Origin: Promethearchaeota archaeon
Lineage (GTDB): Archaea; Asgardarchaeota; Lokiarchaeia; Sigyniarchaeales; SOKP01
Assembly (NCBI GenBank): GCA_019058245.1
Contig: JAHPZJ010000017.1
Span: 11,134-75,133 of the forward strand
Direction: 5' to 3'
DNA: 64,000 bases
The notes beneath the pieces are model-generated. The model saw nothing but the letters and a program-made list of their open reading frames with translations. It did no database searches and was not told where the DNA came from. How positions within the stretch are numbered: the first letter of the stretch is position 1; the number at the start of each line of letters is the position of its first letter. Both the position numbers and the translations under genes were made by a program. This document shows, piece after piece, positions 30,653-40,838 of the stretch.

Positions 30653-33600
30653 ATGGGGGATATGAATATTAAATTAAATAAATCTATTGAAAAATTTAAA
30701 TATATTACAGAAAAATCATTAATGGGTATTACAATCCTACAAGATGGTGAGTTAAAATATTTTAATGAGAAATTTATTGAAATTTGTGGTTATTCGGCAG
30801 AGGAAATAAAAAGTTGGGCACCAAATGGATTTTCAAAATTTATTTATATTGAAGATCGGGATTTTGTAATGGAACAAGCAAGTAAAAAGCAAGCAGGATA
30901 TCCCGACGTTGTCAATCAATATAAATTCAGAATAAGACGGAAAGATGGGAAAATAAGATGGGTTGAAATTTTCTCAAAAACTATAAACTATGAAGGACAT
31001 CCAGCGGATTTAGTAACAATCAATGACATTACCGATAAAATCAATGCAGAAAAAGAATTAATAGAATCAGACGAAAAATATCGAAATATTCTTGAAAATA
31101 TGATGGAAGGATACTTTGAAACTGATCTTTCTGGAAAATTACTTTATGCTAATGCTGAGTTTTGCAAAATTTCAGGATTTTCAAGGGAAGAAATGATAGG
31201 AAAGGATACTCGATTAATTTATGATAAAGAGTCAAGAAAAATTTTATCTGATCTATTCAACGAGGTTTATAACACAGGAATTCCTCGTCCACCATCAGGA
31301 CTCGTTAAAGTAAGGACAATTAAGAAGAAACTTATTTATTTTGAAGGAAGTTTGGATTTATTATATGACTCTGAAGGAAATAAGGTGGGGTTTTATGGTT
31401 TTGTTCGTGATATAACACAAAGGAAAATTGCTGAACAAAAATTAAAAGAATCTGAAGAAAAATTTAGATATATTGCAGATCATTCCTTATTGGGGATAAC
31501 TATACTACAAGATGGTGTACTTAAATATTTTAATAAAAAAGTTGCTGAAACTTATGGAGTGTCAGAAGAAGAAATGAAAAATTGGAGTCCAGGACAATCA
31601 TTGAAACTTATCCATCCTGATGATCTTGAGTTTGTAAAGAGACAAGGATTGAAAATGCAAAGTGGTGAATCCAATGATGTATTTAACTATAAATATAGAA
31701 TAGTAAAGAAAGATGGAAAAATTGAATGGCGTGAAGTTTTCTCAAAATCAATAATTTATGAAGGTCGCCCAGCAGGTTTTGGAATTCATATTGATATTAC
31801 AGAAAAAATCGAAGCTGAGCGTAAATTAAAAGAATCAGAAGAAAAATTTAGAAATATCACAGAACAATCGTTAGTAGGAATATCTATTATACAAGATGGG
31901 AGATATAAATATTTTAATAAAAGATTTTGTGAGATGAGTGGATATTCACCAGAAGAGATTAATAGTTGGGTTTCTAATGAATTTGCAAAAGTTGTCCATC
32001 CTGATGATCGAGATTTTGTAATGGAACAAGCCTTTAAAAAACAAGTTGGTGATTCTGACGTTGTCAATCAATACTCATACCGTATAATAAGAAAAGATGG
32101 GGAGATCAGATGGTTCGAAATTCTCTCGAAAACTATAAATTATGAAGGACATCCGGCGGATTTAGCAATGATTATTGACATTACCGATAAAATAAAAGCT
32201 GAAAGGCAGTTAAGAGATTCAGAAGATAAATTTTCTAAAGCATTCAATTCTAATGTTTTATCTATGAGCATATCATCTTTTGAAGATGGTAAATTCATTG
32301 AAGTAAATGATGCTTTTTTAAATTATGTAGGTCATTCTAGGGAAGAAGTTATTGGTAAAACGACTGATGAGTTAGGTTTATGGGTTAGTGAAAAAGTTCG
32401 GAAAAGATTTATAAGACTTATCGATAAACATGGAAGTCTATTTAATATAGAAACCAAAGATATACCAAGAACAGGAGAAACTAAATATGGTTTAGTCTCT
32501 TATATTAAAATCATGCTTAATGAGAAGCCTTTTCTTCTTAGTATTCTAAATAACATAACTCCCCGGAAATTAGCTGAGCAGCAATTAAAAGAATCAGAAG
32601 AAAAATTTAGATATATCGCAGATCATTCCTTATTGGGGATAACTATACTACAAGATGGTGTATTTAAATATTTTAATAAAAAAGTTGCTGAAACTTTTGG
32701 AGGATCAGAAGAAGAGATTGAAAATTGGGGTCCGGGAGAATCAATAAAATTCATACATCCTGATGATCGTGACCTTGTAATAAGACAAGCACTTAAAGTA
32801 CAACGTGGTGAATTTGATGATGCAGTTAACTATAAATATAGAATAGTAAAAAAAGATGGAAAAATTGGATGGCGTGAAACTTTCTCGAAATCAATAATTT
32901 ATGAAGGTCGCCCAGCGGGTTTTGGAATTCACATTGATATTACAGAAAAGATCGAAGCGGAGCGGAAATTAAAAGAATCAAGGGAAAAATATCTTCGAGC
33001 ATATAATCAAGCAGAATTTTATAAAGATCTCTTTATCCATGATATAAATAATACTCTTCAGAGTCTTTATTCTTCTACCCAATTAATCGATATAGACTTA
33101 GAAGAAGATAGAAAAAATAATAATATTAATGAACTTATAGATATTATGTATAGACAGATTAATAGAGGGATAAATTTAATTTCTAATGTTCGTAAATTAT
33201 CTCAATTGGAAAATCATGAGATATCTCTCAAGGAAATCGATTTTTTTGATGTTTTAAAGCAATCCATAGAATTTTTAAAGAATACATTCCAAGATAGGAA
33301 CATTCAAATTAAATATGATATTTCTTGTGAGAATGTTCCAATCATTGGTAATGAACTACTTCAAGATGTGTTCGAGAATATTCTGATTAACTCAGTTAGA
33401 CATAACAATAATGATTGTGTAGAAATAGTAATTAAAACCTCACACGTAAAACAGGATGATAAATCTTATTGTAAACTAGAAATTATTGACAATGGCATTG
33501 GGATCGAGGATGAACGTAAGAAAAATGTGTTAAATCGGGCAGATCCTGATGCCAAAACTACATATGGAATGGGATTGGGCTTATCATTAGTCAAAAAAAT

Positions 33601-33703
33601 TATTGATAGTTATGGGGGAAAAATCTGGATTGAAGATAAAGTTGAAGGTGAGTATTCTAAGGGAACTAAAGTTATTTTATTAATACAAAAAGGTGGTTCT
33701 TGA
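30653..33703 (+). CDS. Cytoplasmic sensor histidine kinase with 6 PAS domains
   Basis: Six PAS/PAC units joined by KLKESEEKF linkers; H-box HDINNTLQ; N-box ENILINS; DNGIGI; GMGLGLSLV. Confidence 0.93.
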   Translation: MGDMNIKLNKSIEKFKYITEKSLMGITILQDGELKYFNEKFIEICGYSAEEIKSWAPNGFSKFIYIEDRDFVMEQASKKQAGYPDVVNQYKFRIRRKDGKIRWVEIFSKTINYEGHPADLVTINDITDKINAEKELIESDEKYRNILENMMEGYFETDLSGKLLYANAEFCKISGFSREEMIGKDTRLIYDKESRKILSDLFNEVYNTGIPRPPSGLVKVRTIKKKLIYFEGSLDLLYDSEGNKVGFYGFVRDITQRKIAEQKLKESEEKFRYIADHSLLGITILQDGVLKYFNKKVAETYGVSEEEMKNWSPGQSLKLIHPDDLEFVKRQGLKMQSGESNDVFNYKYRIVKKDGKIEWREVFSKSIIYEGRPAGFGIHIDITEKIEAERKLKESEEKFRNITEQSLVGISIIQDGRYKYFNKRFCEMSGYSPEEINSWVSNEFAKVVHPDDRDFVMEQAFKKQVGDSDVVNQYSYRIIRKDGEIRWFEILSKTINYEGHPADLAMIIDITDKIKAERQLRDSEDKFSKAFNSNVLSMSISSFEDGKFIEVNDAFLNYVGHSREEVIGKTTDELGLWVSEKVRKRFIRLIDKHGSLFNIETKDIPRTGETKYGLVSYIKIMLNEKPFLLSILNNITPRKLAEQQLKESEEKFRYIADHSLLGITILQDGVFKYFNKKVAETFGGSEEEIENWGPGESIKFIHPDDRDLVIRQALKVQRGEFDDAVNYKYRIVKKDGKIGWRETFSKSIIYEGRPAGFGIHIDITEKIEAERKLKESREKYLRAYNQAEFYKDLFIHDINNTLQSLYSSTQLIDIDLEEDRKNNNINELIDIMYRQINRGINLISNVRKLSQLENHEISLKEIDFFDVLKQSIEFLKNTFQDRNIQIKYDISCENVPIIGNELLQDVFENILINSVRHNNNDCVEIVIKTSHVKQDDKSYCKLEIIDNGIGIEDERKKNVLNRADPDAKTTYGMGLGLSLVKKIIDSYGGKIWIEDKVEGEYSKGTKVILLIQKGGS

Positions 33704-34071
33704 TAACTACAGTTCTAATAGTTGATGATGATACAGATATTCTATTTTTGTATCAAAAAATGCTAGAATGTATTGGGGTAGAGGTGGTTGGAACAGCCCT
33801 TGATGGTGAAGAAGCCGTACAAATATTTAAATCATTTCAAAGAAAACCTGATATAATTCTAATGGATCATCGGATGCCAAAGAAAAATGGTCTTGAAGCC
33901 ACAAAAGAGATTTTAAGTATAAACAATCGTGTGAAAATTATTTTTGCGAGCGCTGATAGTAGTATTGAGAAGGAAGCCCTTTCAGTTGGCGCCATAAGTT
34001 TCAAAGAGAAACCCTTTAGTATCGAAAAAATAAAAAATAACCTCCTAAAAGCAATGAATTTAAATCAATAA
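33700..34071 (+). CDS. Stand-alone response regulator receiver (CheY-like)
   Basis: IVDDD, PDIILMDHRMP, FASA and KPF motifs; TTG start overlaps the kinase stop (TTGA). Confidence 0.92.
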   Translation: MITTVLIVDDDTDILFLYQKMLECIGVEVVGTALDGEEAVQIFKSFQRKPDIILMDHRMPKKNGLEATKEILSINNRVKIIFASADSSIEKEALSVGAISFKEKPFSIEKIKNNLLKAMNLNQ

Positions 34072-34143
34072 CTTCAGATAATTTAGACTAGAGAGATTCT
34101 ATTAATTTTAACATCAGGAGTTGGTATTACAAAGAGGAATAAT

Positions 34144-34260
34144 ATGTTAAATCTCAAAATAAAGGATTTAATTGATCTTATTAAGTTTCTTACTATTTAT
34201 AGAATGTACAATGAGAAAAATATTATTAATAAAATTATTTTAAGATCTGATCCAGATTAA
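34144..34260 (+). CDS. Possible 38-aa small protein between the two-component modules
   Basis: GAGG SD 7 nt before ATG; MLNLKIKDLIDLIKFLTIYRMYNEKNIINKIILRSDPD. Confidence 0.25.
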   Translation: MLNLKIKDLIDLIKFLTIYRMYNEKNIINKIILRSDPD

Positions 34261-34495
34261 GAAATTATCGAAATTATAATTACTGATAATTAATATTGTA
34301 TTTTTTTTAACTTTAAAATTTTAAAATTTATCAATAGTTACGAGTCTATAAGATTCCCTATTCTTTTGAAATTATAAAACAAAGCGATATTCTTAAAAAT
34401 AAATTCTACCATATTTAATTCAGTTTATTTTATAATTTAGTTACCACATCAGTAGTAAATATAAAATAAAACAGTAGACTGCTAAGGCTTTTTAG

Positions 34496-36778
34496 ATGAT
34501 AAATGAAATAAATGATGATTTAAATAAATTACTTGAAATACTTAAGATTATTACTGAACAGTCTCTCGTTGGGATAATAATAATACAGGATGGTAAATTA
34601 ATATATTTTAATAAGAGAGTATCTGAAACTTCTGGGTATTCAATAGAAGAGATTAAAGGTTGGAATCCTAATGATTTTCTTAAGGTTATCCATCCTGAAG
34701 ATCGGGAATCCGTCGCGGAACAAGCACGCAAAAGACAGTTAGCTGATCCAGAGGTTATCGATAAGAATAAATTTAGAATAATAAGGAAGAACGGGGAAAT
34801 TGCATGGATTAGAGTTTCTACGAAAAGAATAAATTATGAAGGTCGCACTGCAAATTTAGTAATGATTAATGATATAACTGATAAAATCAAATCTGAACAG
34901 AAATTAAAAGGATCAGAGGAAAAATTTAGAAATATCGCAGATCACTCTTTAGTGGCTATAAGTGTTCTACAAGATGGAGTATATAAATATTTTAATGACA
35001 AATTAGTTGAAATTAACGGATATTCTGCAGAGGAAATCAGAAATTGGGCTCCTAATGAATTTGCAAAAATAATCCATCCTGAAGATCGAGAATTTGTCAT
35101 GGAACAAGCACGTAAAAAGCAAACAGGTGATTCAGATGTTATCAATCAGTATCAATTTAGGATAAAAAGGAAAGATGGAGAGATTAGATGGATTGAAATT
35201 TTCTCAAAAACGATAAACTATGAAGGTCAGCCTGCAGATTTAATTATGACTAATGATATTACCGATAAAAAAAAGATTGAACAAAAATTGAAAGAATCAG
35301 AAGAAAAATTTAGAAATATCGCAGAACAATCTTTAATGGGGATATCTGTCACACAAGATGGTGTATTTAAATATTTTAATGATAGAGTTATTGAGAGCCT
35401 TGGATATTCAGTAGAAGAGATTGAAAGTTGGGGTCCTAATGAATTTGCAAAATTTATCTATCCTGAAGATCGAGAATTTGTCATGGAACAAGCACAGAAA
35501 AAACAAGCTGGAGATCCAGATGTTGTAAATCAATATCAATATAGAATAATAACGAAAGATGGAGTAATTAAATGGCTAGAAATATTTGCTAAAACAATAA
35601 ATTATGACGGTCATACTGCAGATTTAGCAATGACAGTTGATATTACCGATAAGATCGAAGCGGAACAGAAGCTAAAAGAATCTGAAGAAAAATTTTCTAA
35701 AGCGTTCAATTCTAATGCTTTAGCAATGTCTATAAGCACCATGGACGAAGGTATAATAATTGAAGTAAACGATGCCTTTCTAAAGCTTTTTGGGTTTTCT
35801 AGGAAAGAAATTACTGGTAAAACAGCTTCAGAAGCTAGATTAAAGGGTAGGGAGGAACGGAAAGAAATGTTAAGAACTATTGAAGAACAAGGAAGTATAA
35901 TTAATCATGAAACCGACTATAAAACTAAATCTGGGGAAGTTAGATACGGTTTATTTTCTTTCGTTAAAATTCTACTTAACGATAAACCCTTTCTTCTGAC
36001 AATTATAAATGATATTACACCATTGAAAATAGCTGAACAGAAATTAAAACAATCAAAGGAAAAATACCTTCGTGCATATAACCAAGTAGAGTTTTATAAA
36101 GACCTCTTTATCCATGATATAACTAATAATCTCCAGAGTCTTTATTCCTCTATCCAATTAATCGATATAAACTTAGATGAAAATTGTAAAAATAATACTA
36201 TTAAAGATTTCATAAATATTATATATAGACAGATAAATAGAGGTACAGAATTAGTTGCTAATGTTCGTAAATTGTCTCAATTGGAAGCGGAAGAAGTTTT
36301 CATTGATGAAATTGATGTTTTTGAGGTTTTAAATCGATCTATAGAATTTTTAAAGAATTTATTTCAAGATAAAAAAATTCAAATTAAATGGGATATATCA
36401 AGTGAAAAAGTCTTAATCCTTGGTAATAATCTACTTCAAGATGTATTCGAGAATATTCTTATCAACTCTGTTAGATATAATAATAATGATATTGCAGAAA
36501 TAATAATAAAAGCTTCACAAGTAGAACAAAATGGTATTTCTTATTGGAAACTTGAATTTATTGACAATGGTATCGGGATTGAGAATGAACGTAAGGAAAG
36601 CGTATTAAGTCGGGCAGATTTAGATTCTAAAACTACTTATGGAATGGGATTAGGGTTATCATTAGTTAAAAAAATCATTGAGAATTATGGAGGAAAAGTC
36701 TGGATTGAAGATAAAGTTGAAGGCGATTATTCTAAGGGAACTAATGTCATTTTATTAATGCAAAAAGGTGATCATTGA
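34496..36778 (+). CDS. Cytoplasmic sensor histidine kinase with 4 PAS domains
   Basis: Four PAS units; HDITNNLQ H-box; HATPase motifs. Confidence 0.93.
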   Translation: MINEINDDLNKLLEILKIITEQSLVGIIIIQDGKLIYFNKRVSETSGYSIEEIKGWNPNDFLKVIHPEDRESVAEQARKRQLADPEVIDKNKFRIIRKNGEIAWIRVSTKRINYEGRTANLVMINDITDKIKSEQKLKGSEEKFRNIADHSLVAISVLQDGVYKYFNDKLVEINGYSAEEIRNWAPNEFAKIIHPEDREFVMEQARKKQTGDSDVINQYQFRIKRKDGEIRWIEIFSKTINYEGQPADLIMTNDITDKKKIEQKLKESEEKFRNIAEQSLMGISVTQDGVFKYFNDRVIESLGYSVEEIESWGPNEFAKFIYPEDREFVMEQAQKKQAGDPDVVNQYQYRIITKDGVIKWLEIFAKTINYDGHTADLAMTVDITDKIEAEQKLKESEEKFSKAFNSNALAMSISTMDEGIIIEVNDAFLKLFGFSRKEITGKTASEARLKGREERKEMLRTIEEQGSIINHETDYKTKSGEVRYGLFSFVKILLNDKPFLLTIINDITPLKIAEQKLKQSKEKYLRAYNQVEFYKDLFIHDITNNLQSLYSSIQLIDINLDENCKNNTIKDFINIIYRQINRGTELVANVRKLSQLEAEEVFIDEIDVFEVLNRSIEFLKNLFQDKKIQIKWDISSEKVLILGNNLLQDVFENILINSVRYNNNDIAEIIIKASQVEQNGISYWKLEFIDNGIGIENERKESVLSRADLDSKTTYGMGLGLSLVKKIIENYGGKVWIEDKVEGDYSKGTNVILLMQKGDH

Positions 36779-37149
36779 TAACTATTTCAATTCTAATGGT
36801 TGATGATGATACAGACATTTTATTATTGTATCAAAAAATGCTAGAACATATTGGGTTTGAGGTAGTGGGAACAGCTAATAATGGTGAAGAAGCCGTACAA
36901 CTATTTAAATCATTTCAAAGAAAGCCTGATATAATTCTGATGGATCATCGGATGCCAAAGAAAAATGGCATTGAGACCACAAAAGAGATCTTAACTATAA
37001 ATAATCACTCTAAAATTATTTTCACGAGTGCTGATAGTAGTATTGAAAAAGAAGCCCTTTCAGTTGGAGCTTTAAGTTTTTTAAAAAAGCCTTTTAGTCT
37101 GGAAAGCCTAAAGGAAAATATTTTAAAAGCTATGATTTCAACTCAGTAA
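36775..37149 (+). CDS. Stand-alone response regulator receiver (paralog of 33700)
   Basis: MVDDD, PDIILMDHRMP and KPF; TTGA overlap with the kinase stop. Confidence 0.92.
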   Translation: MITISILMVDDDTDILLLYQKMLEHIGFEVVGTANNGEEAVQLFKSFQRKPDIILMDHRMPKKNGIETTKEILTINNHSKIIFTSADSSIEKEALSVGALSFLKKPFSLESLKENILKAMISTQ

Positions 37150-37356
37150 ATACAGTTAAAGATTATTTTCTCTTTCTATTTATATTTTTTTAATCCTATT
37201 TGATTAAAACTTATCTAATTAAAAATAATCTTTATATCAATTGTATAAATTTAAAGGTGGGCTGTTATTCCCATGATATTATCGACAACTATTATTATGA
37301 ATCTCAAATTAAATAATATGATAAATAGATTATTACTTTAAGAGAGGTCTACATAT

Positions 37357-38703
37357 ATGAACCGAAAGAGAGTTATTATTATAGGTGCTCTTGGTTATGA
37401 CTTTCACCTATTTAATACTGTTTTTAAGGATAACGAAGAATATTTTATTGTAGCATTCACTATTGCGGGAGAACAAAACGTAGGCACCACAGAAGAAACC
37501 GAAAGAAAATTTCCTGCAGAGCTAGCAGGTAGTTTATATCCAAATGGAATTCCAATGGTATCAGAAGATAAATTAGAAGATTTAATAAAGAAGTATCAGG
37601 TTGACGAAGTGGTTTTTGCCTATTCTGATGTATCTCACGAAGAAGTGATGCATAAAGCATCAAGGGCACTTGCTGCTGGTGCAAATTATCGCCTGATTTC
37701 AGGTAGATTTACGCAACTTAAAGCAAATAAACCCGTAGTTGCTATCTGTGCAGTAAGAACTGGATGTGGAAAAAGTCAAGTTTCTCGAGCTACATATAGA
37801 TATTTAAAGAATAAGGGATATAAAGTCGTAGCTATTCGCGAACCAATGCCTTATGGTGATTTAGTCCAACAAAATGTCATGAGATTTGAGAATTATGATG
37901 ATCTAGATAAATATGATTGTACTATTGAAGAACGCGAGGAATATGAACCTTATATTGAGCAAGGTTTAGTTATTTATTCTGGTGTGGATTATGAAAAAAT
38001 CATACGCGAAGCTGAGAAAGAAGCCGATGTAATTATTTTTGATGGTGGAAACAACGAAATTTCATTCTACATCCCTGATCTGCTATTTATAGTAGTAGAT
38101 CCTCTTAGACCAGGACATGAAGTTTTATATCATCCTGGAGAAGTTAATGCTCGATATGCTGATGCGTTTGTAATTAATAAGATGAATAATGCGAAAGCTG
38201 AAGATGTAAAGATTGTAGAAGATAATTTAAAAGCTCTAAATCCAAATGCTACTAAAATTTTTACAAATTCAATTGTAACAGTCGAGAATGATATTGATCT
38301 AAACGGAAAAAAAGTAATTGTCGTTGAGGACGGTCCTACATTGACTCATGGCAATATGTCTATTGGAGCCGGATTTGTAGCAGCAATCAATAATGGAGCA
38401 GAAATAGTCGATCCTAGACCCTATTTAACTGGAGCAATGAAATTAGTTTTCGAAGAATTTCCCCACATAACTCAAATCGTTCCAGCAATGGGCTATAATG
38501 AACAACAGATTAAAGATATGGAAGAAACTTTAAATAATGCTGAAGCTGAAATTGTTATTGATGGTAGTCCAATAAATCTTGAAAAATTAATAAAATGTAA
38601 CAAACCAATTGTACGAGTCAATTACGATATCGAATCAATAAAAAGTCCAACAATAGAGCAAGTACTTGACAAGTTTATTGATAAATGTCTAAAGAATTCT
38701 TAA
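37357..38703 (+). CDS. arcE: Arginine synthetase-like P-loop protein (often annotated as cyclic 2,3-diphosphoglycerate synthase-like GTPase)
   Basis: YPNGIP, FAYSDVSH, AVRTGCGKSQ, PMPYGDL, CTIEEREEYEP, DGGNN, EDGPTLTHG and PAMGY match the Thermococcales ArcE family as I recall it; lies near OTC and carbamate kinase genes. Confidence 0.82.
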   Translation: MNRKRVIIIGALGYDFHLFNTVFKDNEEYFIVAFTIAGEQNVGTTEETERKFPAELAGSLYPNGIPMVSEDKLEDLIKKYQVDEVVFAYSDVSHEEVMHKASRALAAGANYRLISGRFTQLKANKPVVAICAVRTGCGKSQVSRATYRYLKNKGYKVVAIREPMPYGDLVQQNVMRFENYDDLDKYDCTIEEREEYEPYIEQGLVIYSGVDYEKIIREAEKEADVIIFDGGNNEISFYIPDLLFIVVDPLRPGHEVLYHPGEVNARYADAFVINKMNNAKAEDVKIVEDNLKALNPNATKIFTNSIVTVENDIDLNGKKVIVVEDGPTLTHGNMSIGAGFVAAINNGAEIVDPRPYLTGAMKLVFEEFPHITQIVPAMGYNEQQIKDMEETLNNAEAEIVIDGSPINLEKLIKCNKPIVRVNYDIESIKSPTIEQVLDKFIDKCLKNS

Positions 38704-38889
38704 CTAAGTAATTTAAACTTTTTTTGAGATTAGGTTTTCTGTAAAATTTCTTAATCCTCAAACATATAACATAAAGAAATATTCTTATAAATATAATCCA
38801 ATATAATATTATTAGTTATATTTATGTGATTTTTTTTTTATCTGTACTAGAAAAAAGGGTTGCCTGAACTGTTTTAGGGGATTTTTAAC

Positions 38890-40023
38890 ATGGTATATAA
38901 TTTGGATGAATCTATGGAAACATTTAAAATAATTACAGAACAATCCCTCGTTGGAATAATCATAATACAAGATGGTCTATTTAAATATTTTAATGATAGA
39001 CTTACTAAAACTACAGGATATTCAGCAGAAGAGATCAAAAGATGGACTCCTAATGAATTTGCAAAAACAATTTATCCTGAAGATCGGGAATTTATTATGG
39101 AAATGGCACGTAAAAAACAAGCGGGTGATCCAGAGGTTCCCTATCAATATTCATATAGAGCGATAAGAAAGAATGGAGAAGTCTATTGGGTTGAAGTTTT
39201 TTCAAAAACTATAATTTATAAAGGGCGTCCAGCAGATTTTTTAATGGGGTATGAGATTACAGATAAGGTCAAAGCAGACCAAAAGTTAATAGAAACCAAG
39301 GAAAAATATCAAAAAGCATACCATCAAGCAGAATTCTATAAAGATCTATTTATTCATGATATAAACAATACACTTCAGAGTCTTTATTCATCTATCCAAT
39401 TGCTTGAAATAGGTTTAGAGAATATTCAAGAAAATAATGAGATGAAAGAACTCATTAATATTATGGATAGACAGATCAAAAGGGGTGTAAATTTAATCTC
39501 TAATGTTCGTAAACTATCTCAATTGGAAGAACATGAAATTTCTATTAGGGAAATAGATCTCCTTGAATTTTTAAAACGATCTATCGAATTTATAAAGAAT
39601 TCATTTCAAGAGAGGAAAATTCAAATCAAAATTGATGTATTTAATGAGAAGATGTTAGTAAAAGGTAATGAGTTACTTCAAGATGTATTCGAGAATATTC
39701 TTATCAACTCAGTGAGACATAATAATAATGATATTGTAGAAATAATAATAAAAACTTTACAAATAGAACAAGATGATACAACCTACTATAAACTTGAGTT
39801 TATTGACAATGGAATTGGCATTGAGGATCAGCGTAAGGAAAGCGTATTAAGTCGGGCAGATCTCGATTCTAAAACTACTTATGGAATGGGATTAGGGTTA
39901 TCATTAGTTAAAAAAATCATTGAGAATTTTGGAGGAAAAATTTGGATTGAGGATAGAGTTAAAAATGATTACTCTAAGGGAATTAATGTAAATTTATTAC
40001 TGTCAGAGTATGTTTCTTCATAA
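38890..40023 (+). CDS. Sensor histidine kinase with a single PAS domain (third paralog)
   Basis: One PAS unit; HDINNTLQ; HATPase motifs. Confidence 0.92.
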   Translation: MVYNLDESMETFKIITEQSLVGIIIIQDGLFKYFNDRLTKTTGYSAEEIKRWTPNEFAKTIYPEDREFIMEMARKKQAGDPEVPYQYSYRAIRKNGEVYWVEVFSKTIIYKGRPADFLMGYEITDKVKADQKLIETKEKYQKAYHQAEFYKDLFIHDINNTLQSLYSSIQLLEIGLENIQENNEMKELINIMDRQIKRGVNLISNVRKLSQLEEHEISIREIDLLEFLKRSIEFIKNSFQERKIQIKIDVFNEKMLVKGNELLQDVFENILINSVRHNNNDIVEIIIKTLQIEQDDTTYYKLEFIDNGIGIEDQRKESVLSRADLDSKTTYGMGLGLSLVKKIIENFGGKIWIEDRVKNDYSKGINVNLLLSEYVSS

Positions 40024-40124
40024 ACAAAATTTTTATAGTAGATCATGATACAGACTGACTTTCGATTTTAGTTTAAAAATAACATGATTTTATTCTTATC
40101 GGTTATCTAATGCCAAAGATTAAA
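40017..40124 (+). pseudogene. Decayed response regulator remnant
   Basis: FINKIFIVDHDTD* (40017-40058) aligns to MITTVLIVDDDTD; HDFILIGYLMPKIK (40083-40124) aligns to PDIILMDHRMPKKN. Confidence 0.75.
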
Positions 40125-40169
40125 CTCGATATGTGCGTTATTTAAATAATATTTAGTTCTTAAGACTCA

Positions 40170-40682
40170 TTAGCTCTTTACGTTCTTTTTCATTTTTAAA
40201 AGATAAAGAACATAAATCACTAGTCCTATTGCAAATACACCAATATCCATTAATAAAGCTCCAACCCAAGTACTATATACTCCAAGGCCAATATTTACTG
40301 CATCATCGAAGAGAAGTGGAACTCCAGTTGCGTTGGGGTCTATAGCACTCATTGGCCAACCTATTAAGTCTAAAATCCAATGACTAAAAACTACAAGGCC
40401 AATGATAATGCTTATATTCATTATTTCCTTACTCCATATTGTTGAAATATTTTCCGAATTTTTCCTTGATTTTAGATTAAAAGTAATGAGTGTCGTAATA
40501 AAAAAAGCGATTAATGACCAAATGATTGACATAAAAAGTCCATGAGTTATCCATAGAGCAAATATAAAAATAAAAGATAGAAGATCCAGAACCATAGAGC
40601 TTAATAATAGCGCCCAGAGAGGTATTTGAGGAGCAAAACGTTTGGTTGCTAAACCTATTCCAAGATGAGCTAAAGCAGGCAT
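40170..40682 (-). CDS. Membrane protein, metal-dependent hydrolase-like (YdjM/LexA-binding type)
   Basis: N-terminal AHLG, LDL, THG and SHWILD motifs within TM helices. Confidence 0.65.
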   Translation of the reverse strand: MPALAHLGIGLATKRFAPQIPLWALLLSSMVLDLLSFIFIFALWITHGLFMSIIWSLIAFFITTLITFNLKSRKNSENISTIWSKEIMNISIIIGLVVFSHWILDLIGWPMSAIDPNATGVPLLFDDAVNIGLGVYSTWVGALLMDIGVFAIGLVIYVLYLLKMKKNVKS

Positions 40683-40838
40683 ATGATATAAAAATTTATA
40701 ATATTAAAAAATATTGATTAGTCCATTTTTTAATATTTGATAAGTTAAATAATATTTAATTCTATAGGCTCATTTAATCATCTATACTTTAAAATGATGT
40801 TTTTGATTTAGTAATTAAGACTTGGTAGTAGGAAATTT

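Noticed and set aside
37357-38703. Annotation as cyclic 2,3-diphosphoglycerate synthetase
   Set aside because: No 2-phosphoglycerate kinase is adjacent, and the motifs and OTC/carbamate kinase context fit the ArcE family better.
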